64,000 bases of DNA, from contig CM022666.1 in the NCBI GenBank assembly GCA_012295275.1, positions 3,472,001 to 3,536,000 of the forward strand, written 5' to 3'. Positions within the stretch are counted from its first letter, which is position 1. Each line of letters starts with the position of its first letter. Below are positions 55,293 through 64,000 of this stretch, one piece after another. This DNA is from Chrysomallon squamiferum (lineage: Eukaryota > Animalia > Mollusca). A program made the translations under genes and the position numbers. The notes below the pieces were generated by a model. It was not told where the DNA came from, searched no databases, and saw only the letters and a program-made list of their open reading frames with translations.

Positions 55293-56235
55293 TCAAAGCA
55301 TATACAAGCCAAAGTAAGTTTTCTCAGGATGCCTTAAAATTCTGTTCACAACTGATGTTCTCACCACTACAGTGTCGTTGGCTTTGAGGTAGTAAACAGC
55401 TCCAATGTAGGAAGCAACAAAACGTTCATTGTCTCCTCGTACTTTGCATGTTGTTTGAGGATTTCTGTAGAGGACTTCATAATTTGGATATTTTTCAATT
55501 GACTGACACAGCCTAGCGTATTCTAGTTCTCTCACCTGGTTGGCATGGAATAAAACGTTGCTGTATATGAAGTAGTAAGCAGCGTGTTTGACTTGAATCC
55601 CGTCAGCGACAACAGCAGCAGCTCCTTTCACAAACGATCTTTTACCAGACGACGTCCATTTGATGAGAGGCTTCAGTGTGTCTGAAAAGTTTGTAAGAAG
55701 AAATGACTTTTAAATAATATTTTTATTTTAAGTTGTCAACAGTTGAAGTTAGTATTACTAATATAGTTCTATAACTACTACAAACTCCTGCTATTAACTA
55801 CTTTAGTACCATCATTGATATTTTTACAACTAACGTGCTAATACTATTGTTATCACAATTTCTTCTATTATTTTCTAACCACTACTAATAACTATGTGAT
55901 TACTACTACAACTACTTTTACCAGTCCAGCTACTACTATTACTTCTATTTTACTAGTACAACATTTATTACCAAATCACCTCTTTTAACAGAGTACAATT
56001 ATTCTGCTACTAATACTACTACTCTACTACTACTACATCGCTACTACTACTATTGCTACTACTCTCCTGCGACTACTATTACTACTACTGCTGCTACCAC
56101 TGCTACTACTATTTCTTTTCTTACTTTTGTCATATGTTGCATTCACTTCCATTTGTAGATGAGCCGTTGTTTTCACATTGTTTTTATTATTCAGACGATC
56201 AGCGACCTCTCTGATCTGTTTAAGTTTCTGTTCTG

Positions 56236-56270
<35 letters not shown>

Positions 56271-57227
56271 CACATGTAGACTACTGATACATGTATAAAT
56301 ATATAGATTCATGCATACATAGATTCGTACACAATGTTTTTATTATCTAAATTCAAAAGATCAGCGACATCTCTGATCTGCTTTAGTTTTGATTCTGAAA
56401 CACACACACACAAATATACACTTGTATATGTTTACATTCATAGACTGTACAAAAATATGCACGTACATACAAATACATAATTATAAAAAAAATTGTGGAT
56501 ATTTAAATATGTGTGCATGAGTGTTTCTGTTTGTGTGTGGGTCTTTTTCTGAATGTTTGTCTGTCTGTGTTTGTGTATGTATGTGTTTATGACTTTTTTG
56601 TGTGTGCCTGTGTTTCTGCGACTTTGTCTTATTACGTATGTCTGTGTGTGTGTATATGTGTTTGTATTAACTTACCACTTTTTTCAGCTTTTGTCTGACT
56701 TTCACTCAGTTTCTAAAAAGAATGTTAATAACCAGTTTGAAACTAGTCCACAATAATCAGTTTTAAATTTATAAATATTTTTCAGCACTATTAATTTCTC
56801 CTTTTCATAATTCAAATATTATTATTTCATTTATAGTGAATTTAACTTTTTATTATTTTTATAGAGAATTTACCTTTTTCATAATTTCATATCTCCAGAA
56901 AACAATTTTTTTTTTCATTTAATGTATTTATGGAATATAAGTTTTTAGAATTAAATATGGAATTTACCTTTTCATTATTTCACTGATCACTTTTTCTCCA
57001 TCTCTGTAACAGCAATACGTGGTGTTGTTCCTGGTTCTGTTCGTAGATCTGTCATCACAACAGTTTTCTCCTGGTTTGCACGAGATTTTCACACACATTT
57101 CCTTGTCAAACAACAAGCTGGTTTCTCTGTTCAGAAATTCGTTTAATGTTACAGATACAATGACAATGATGAGTATGAAGCTTAGTACCATAAGAGGAAT
57201 GGCAATGACTGGACGAATTGGTACCAT
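55293..57227 (-). CDS. TNF-superfamily ligand (type II membrane protein with C-terminal TNF homology domain); 1-nt phase defect at the first donor (assembly error or pseudogene)
   Basis: Exon 57227-56968 encodes an N-terminal TM and a Cys-rich stalk; 56712-56676 is a 37-nt exon; 56232-56125 ends in TTAHL, strand A of the THD; 55681-55293 contains IKW, GIQVKHAAYYFIYSNVLF, SYIGAVYYLKANDTVVV and TYFGLYML. These match the TNF ligand patterns AAHL, W, GxYxxYSQVxF and TYFG. The first exon ends in phase 2 (ATG AAA AG|gt) but the next needs phase 0. Confidence 0.82.
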
Positions 57228-57317
57228 TATATGTAACAACTTTTATTTCCTTGAGAAGTAGTCTGTAAAACATGAGCAAAAGAAAAGAAAAAATCAGTAA
57301 TAAATAATACCAATCAG

Positions 57318-59610
57318 CAAATATCAAAGCGCCTTCAGAAGGATCACAGCACAAAGATCACGCAACATAGATCACGCGCCTGCAAACATCAATCAATCAA
57401 TCTTTTAGGAAATCGAAAAAAGTCATCGCAATATTTGTAAATATCGAAAAAGCCTTCGACATGGTATGGAGGGAAGGACTGCTCGTCAAATTAATCAACA
57501 ACAACATCAAAGGCAACATGTTCAACTTCATTAAAGACGTCATTAATAACAGATCCATAGCAGTCAAAGTGAACGGTCAAACCTCCGAGAAAACGACAAA
57601 TCGACAGTCGGCATCCCACAAGGATCTGTCATCTCGCCAACACTCTTCAACATCTACATCAACGACATCGTCACAGCACTCGACAAACAAGAGAACGCCA
57701 AAAAATCCACTAACCGGACCAATAAACACAGCACTCTTTGCAGACGACTGCGCCTTTTGCTGTGCAGGCAGATCGACCGCAGCAATACAGAAACAAATAC
57801 AAAAAGACCTAAACAACGTAAACAATTGGACGTTGAAATGGGGCATAAAGAATTTATCTATTTCTACATACAACTTTTTGTTGTTCTTGTTGTTGCATTT
57901 AATGCATTTATGAAACAGATGGGTATCAAGTTTAGTGCTATAAAAGAAATAGCAATAACTGGACGAATTGACTTCATTTTCCTTTAGATGCAGTCTGTGT
58001 CAAGCAGCAATACAGAAATAAAGACCTAAACAACGTAAACGACTGGGCGTTGAAACGGGGCATAAAGATTTCTCCATTCCTCATTTCAACAAAAAAACAG
58101 ACAACAACAAAATCACACTAAACATCGACAACAACGTCATAATACAAACCAAAAAAAGAAATCAATCTTCGAAAACTAATTTCCGGAACCAGTTGGGGAG
58201 CAAACGAGTCAAGGCTAATTTTGATACACAAAGCGTGTATTTTCTCCAAGTTCGACTACGGAGCCACGGCTTACTGGAATGCTCCCGAACACTCTTTAAA
58301 AAAACTAGAGGTAATTCAATCCAGCGCCATCAGAGTGATCGGCCACCTGCCAAACACAACACCATCCGACAGCCTCCTGTTGGAATACACCATCCAACCA
58401 CTGAAATACAGAAGAAAACTGCAGCTACTAAAATACCACCTGAAAATACACACTCTGAGCACAGACCATCCCGTCAAGGATCTGGTTCCCGACCAACAAA
58501 GAATAGGGCAACCCTTTAAATCTCATAGTCTACTACTATCGAATTTCCCGACAAAAGCCAGTGAAATCGAAAGGGAAACTGGAATAGGGAAAATGCCACT
58601 GCCGGCATACCACAAAGAAACAAAACCAGCAATAGACACAGCTTTCCTGATCAAAACAGAAACAGACAAAACAGTGTTCCCACCCTTCAAAAAAAGCCAT
58701 ATTTCTAGGAGCAGCAAACGACCACTACAAACACACGTACATCTAAACGAACGGATCCAAAAACCCAGACAACGGGAGAGTAGGATTCGCCTTCGTAGCC
58801 GTAGATCACACAAACAAACCCACATGCATACAATTCGACCGTATCAAACATCACCTTTCGGTATACACGGCCGAATTGGTCGCCATCATCAGAGCCATGG
58901 AGTGGATGAAGCACAACGACAACAAACACATAGTGATACTCTCGGACAGACTAAAATCCGTCACCTCCAAAGAATCCGTACATTCCAGCAGACCAGACCT
59001 ACTCAGCAGATTACAACATCTACACCAAGATATACTACACAACAACAATAAATTAATCATCGAGTGGCTCCCTGCACACGTCGGCATCATCTGCAACGAA
59101 CTTGCCGACCATTACGCCAAACAGTCACTCCGTTTCAAAGGCAAAGACATCTGCACTGACATACATTATGGAACAAACGAAATTCTATTCGTCGCAGGTA
59201 AACGTTACGACAAACAGTCGCAAAACGAATGGAATAATAGTAAAAACAAACGGCACTTCAGTATTAAACCACTCGCTAAAACACCTAAAATCACATTTAC
59301 CAACAAACTACACAACAACAATCTTACCAGTCTCACAATCGGCTACTCGACCAATCGAAACGGAATCAGATTAAAATGTAAAAGCACCACATCACCCAAC
59401 TGCAGCTGTGATTTTTCTGAAACCATGAAACACTACTTACTTCACTGTCCAATTTTTGCCATGCCAAGGAGCGACAAACCTTACGCAATACATTGGATGA
59501 ACCAAAAATTGAGTTTACACTTCAAAACATCTTAGCACCAGACATGAAATATATAGAGCTAGTTCTCGCTGCAGTAACAATTTACATTATGAACACAAAA
59601 TACAAACTTT
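57318..59610 (+). mobile_element. 5'-truncated, frameshifted non-LTR retrotransposon (LINE) ORF2 with RT, RNase H and C-terminal CCHC; I/Nimb/Ingi-like group
   Basis: RT motifs across frames: YQSAFR, IEKAFDMVWREGLL, GIPQGSVISPTLFNIYINDI, ALFADD, SKFDYG. RNase H motifs: DGSK-like, SVYTAELVAI, ILSD, WLPAHVGIICNELAD. Zinc finger: CSC...ETMKHYLLHC. The coding strand is A/C-rich. Confidence 0.9.
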
Positions 59611-59849
59611 AAACTCAAGGAGATGTAAGTTTGAGATTTTGTTTTAAAGCAATTACAATTAAACACAACAAGCAAACTCCCCCTTTACAAAACAAAAACC
59701 AACAATTAAACGAAATAACTGACTTACAGATTGATTAGTTGAACAGCTGATTGATACAGACGAGTATGGTAAGCAAATGTCTGTTCTTATTTTGATAGGG
59801 TGTAATGTGCAATTAACTTCTGTCAGTAACATTTATTATACCTAAAATT

Positions 59850-60240
59850 TTAACGTTTTAATCTACCCTCTGTGCAGATTCTTATTTTGTCTTGGTTATT
59901 CATTTTGCAATATGAACAACGTGGTTCAAAAGACGTTGTCTCAGTCGACAGATTACTCTTTACTTGCATGGCTGACCTATTATAATTATGCTGCCTAACT
60001 GATGAAGTTCTACCAGAAAACCTTTCCTGATTACCATCAAAATTCTTAGAAGAACTTGACTCACAACTCTGTAACTTGTGGACGAGAACGTAATTAACAG
60101 CAGCTACAGCAGCAGCTTGTAGACTTTCTATGCCCTGATCTGCCAAATGTAACCGAACATTTACCGGTAAACAATTTTTCACTTACTCCAAAACGATTAA
60201 TTCACGTAATTTGGCATAATTATACCCAGTGTCGCTTGAT
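59850..60240 (-). mobile_element. Degenerate Ty3/Gypsy gag fragment
   Basis: Translation NYAKLRELIVLE*.KNCLPVNVRLHL...AAVAAVNYVLVHK...CSYCKMNN resembles the Gypsy gag capsid C-terminal motif (LRELILLEEFKNCLP) followed by a decayed zinc knuckle. It contains an in-frame stop. Confidence 0.65.
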
Positions 60241-60409
60241 GTCGCAAACTCACAGTTTGTTTCTGAATCTAATTTTTTTTTAATTTCCATAAACACTGAC
60301 GATATGCCTCGCTGGTCAGCTGATACGCTGTCAGCACTGCTGATTTCAACACCTGATAATTTCTGACCTGAGTATTATCTAAAGCATTTTAGGCTATTTA
60401 ATATTTTTA

Positions 60410-62385
60410 TATAGAATTTACCTATTTCTATATTAAACTTTTTTTGTTGCATTTAATATATTTATAAAACTGATACGTATCAAGTTTAGAATTTCATTTT
60501 CCTTCAGATAGAGTCTGTGTCACACATGATGAAAATATTATTAATATGAAAATAAAGACACACACATAAATAACATTCTTTCAAAAATAATATTACATAA
60601 AACTACACACACACACACACAGAGAGAGAGAAAAGCTAGCAATAGATACTATACAAACAACAGAATACTTTTTCAAACAAATAAAATAAGACTATTGGAA
60701 AATAGTGACATATGTCGCAGACGTCACACGTGCATGTGGTGTTCAGATTCTCTCTTCTCTTCTGCTTCCATTTAGACTTAACACTTATATAATTTACTCT
60801 TCCAGTAGGTCAAAACGAACAGATATGCTGATGATAAAACGAAACGGAGTTCAATAATACTAGAAACAAAACACGATATCTTAAATAAACACAAAACCCA
60901 CAGTGAGCGGTGTATAATTATTTCTTAATCTTTTTGTATAAATTGATTTGTAAATGATTTACTGTTTGTTTAATATCTATGATCTGTTAAAATATTTATT
61001 TCTCCTTATTTAAAAATACCAAAAAATGTTTTATGTGAAATCTCATCAGCGAGAACGTAACCACTGTTTTTAACCTTAATTGTATCTGTGTAAATTAGTC
61101 TCCCGATACCTCACTTTACGATCGGGAATTTGGAACCAATTTTCACTCAGATTTTAAACTACTCCACAATAATAAATTTTAAACTCATGGATATATTTCA
61201 TCACAATTAATTTCTCGTTTTCATAATTTAAATATTATTAAACGCATATTAAACTGATGAGTATCAAGTTTAGTATTTCATTTTCTTTTAGAGACAGTCT
61301 TTGTCAAACAAGATAAAAATGTTATTAATACCAAGATAAAGACACACACATAAATAACACACATAAGTGAAACAAATTAATTAATTAACAGAACAAATAA
61401 TAAAATGAAATGAAATAAAACAAATACAGAAAAACAAACAAACAAACAAACAAATAATTAAATAAATAAATAAATAAATAAAGTTTATATGTTAAAGATG
61501 TTTGCTGAATTCATCGGTAAATTCTAAATACATAATAATAACGTCGCATAACGATATCCCGCTTTAACGATCTTGTCTTTCTTACAAATTATATAAACAA
61601 AAATTCAGTAGTTAATTTCTCGAAATAAATGGTACAAACGGGTACAATGCACGTGTTTAAGTACTGACATCATCAGTTCAGACAAGCGGTTTCCGAGTAA
61701 CAGACTTCTCAAATTCGCAAATTTTTATAAAAATGTAACATTTACATTCTAATGACAGTGTATCTCAACATCCACTTCACCATTCTTGTTGAAATGAGTG
61801 TTCCTAAAAAGATACTATGACACCGATTCCAGAAATAGTAGTGGAAATTAAACATGGGTTTTATGAATACATATTTGTACGTTTATGATTGTGCTTGTGT
61901 ATGGGTCTGTAAACTTACCACTTTTCTCAGCTTTTGAGTGACTTTCACTCAGTTTCTAAAAAGAATGTTAATAACCAAATTGAAACTCGTACGTAATAAG
62001 CAGTTTTAAATTTATAAATATGTTTCAGCACAATGAATTTCTCCTTTTCATAATTTAAATATTATTGAACGTATATGGACCTTTTTTTCTTAATTTCGTT
62101 TGTAATGAACTTAACTATTTAATATTCTGATATAGAATTTACCCATTTCTACATAAAACTTTTTATTTTGTAGTTGTTGTTGCATTTAATGTATTTATGA
62201 AACTGATGCGTATCAAGTTTAGTACCATTAGAAAAATGGCAATGACAGGACGAACTGACTTTATTTTCCTTTAGATGCAGTCTGTGCCAAACATGATAAA
62301 AATGTTATTAGTAATCAGTAATACCAAGAAAAAACACATACATAAATAACATTCTTTCAAAAAATATTAATAAAAGTAAAATAAT

Positions 62386-62431
<46 letters not shown>

Positions 62432-62512
62432 AGCGCGCAACAGATACTACACAAACAACAGAATGCTTTATCAAACAATTAAAATAAGACTATAGGAAAA
62501 TAATGACATATC
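60410..62512 (-). pseudogene. Degenerate duplicated fragments of the TNF-ligand 5' exons and flanking introns
   Basis: Copies of the acceptor plus first-exon segment lie at ~60420-60520, ~61250-61300 and ~62142-62282. An intact copy of the 37-nt mini-exon (KLSESHSKAEKS) lies at ~61918-61954, with intron flanks matching 56670-56870. Confidence 0.7.
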
Positions 62513-63029
62513 TTTCAGAAATATATATTGCCTTTTATTTCCTTTTTCGTTAACGAAATAATTTTTATATTATGTGTTAGAGACAGCTGCAGTTGAGAAG
62601 ATAATAATATTGAATTGAAAACGAACACAAAATTAAGTTTCCCATAAACTGGGTATTTTTTCCGATGACGCGTTGTCCTTCAAATCACATTTTGATTGTC
62701 TGTGAGAAAATATAGCCTAATGGAGAGGATGACATGCTTAGAATGAAAAATGAAAATATAATTAATAATTAAAAGTTGCACAATGTTCACAAATAAACTA
62801 CGTGCATTTATTGCTGGTTGTTACTGTTGTAGTTCTTATTATTATTAATATTAAAATTGCTGTTGTCGCTCAGAGTTCAGGTGGCAAAAAAGCTCAGAAA
62901 ACAACAATAAAAAACAAAACAATAATAAACAAAAAAACAAACAATACAAATAAGTCACATTTTATTATCGCGCGCGCGCGAGCGCACACACACACACACA
63001 CCGTGAGCTTTGCGACCCCTGAATAGTAG

Positions 63030-63330
63030 TAGCGTGAATGAAGCAGACAGAGAAATGAGATATCTCGGCAACCACACGTTAGGTAAACATTTCGCAGACA
63101 GCGAGGTCGTTGTAGGTCGAGTGAACAGGTGGACCGTGCATTTCGAACAAACTACGTCGCCTAGAAGTCAGTTGTTTACAGTGAATGAAGCAGATAGTTA
63201 AATAAGATATCAGTCTGTACATTTTTCGCGTACATTTTTCAGCAACGTCATCGTAGGCCGGACTCAGAGTGAACACGTGGGCCGCGCATTTTGTATAAGC
63301 TGCATCGCTTAGATAAGCAGCTATTTATAA
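63030..63330. repeat. Diverged tandem duplication, ~145-bp period
   Basis: GTGAATGAAGCAGA...AGATATC and GTAGG...GAGTGAACA.GTGG.CCG.GCATTT each occur twice. Confidence 0.6.
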
Positions 63331-64000
63331 ACACTACTCGGGTAGGTCTACTTTTAAGTATGTGATATGAACACAATTATATAACAGCAATATTTAACTT
63401 ACTGTCTATAAGAATGCAAATTATGCTTCATAAAATAAAACTTAAATCATGTCACTGATTGGTGTATAAATGAAAAGTGAGTTGGAAAATATTCTCATTA
63501 ATTTCACTTGATATTTAAAAAAGAAAAGAAGAAAAAGAAGAAAATGATAAATGCAGATCAAGACATTTGTACTACATTTAAAGTAACTATCCAAGTAATA
63601 AAAATTATGAACATCTGACCAGAGGTAACGCTGTAGTCTTTATTTAACAACAATGACAGCAGCAAACAATACTAATTATAATGATGATGATGATAATAAT
63701 AAATTTAAAACATTAGTAGGAGTAGCAGCAGCAGCACTAATATAAATAGTAGCAGTAGTTGAAAGAATAATACTAGTAATCATGTTTATATAGTAATAAT
63801 ATAGCAGTAGTAATAATGATGAAGAAGATAGTGGTAATAAAGTTAATGATAATTATCATGATCATAATACCATTAATAATGATTATGATGATGATGGTAG
63901 TGATAATAAAATTAATAATCATAATATTTACGATTCTGAAATGCTTCTAAAAAGAAAAGTCTTATTGTTATAAAACAAAAAAATGCTTTAAATGCAGATT

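Overview
AT-rich, microsatellite-dense animal genomic DNA with spliceosomal GT-AG introns. It is probably a gastropod mollusc, inferred from a recalled SINE family and the gene families present. Five genes were reconstructed by hand with splice sites and phases checked. (1) A 10-exon extended-SDR/NAD(P)-dependent aldehyde reductase-like gene (-, 8130-17937) carries two homologous 81-nt versions of exon 7, with intronic complementary elements that could form competing RNA structures. (2) A class A GPCR has a single-exon CDS (-, 18653-19951). (3, 4) A tail-to-tail pair of 11-exon SLC1/EAAT-family paralogues (+ 30210-41687; - 42956-48455) keep the acidic-substrate DRxR motif but have lost the canonical Na+/H+ coupling residues and show exon-restricted gene conversion. 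(5) A TNF-superfamily ligand gene (-, 55293-57227) has a 1-nt phase defect and is surrounded by degenerate copies of its own exons. The window also holds a truncated RNase H-bearing LINE, a Gypsy gag relic, several MITEs and SINE relics, an AP-1-motif minisatellite and a candidate small transmembrane-protein gene. Most entries in the ORF track are microsatellite artefacts. All coordinates, counts and alignments were done by eye.
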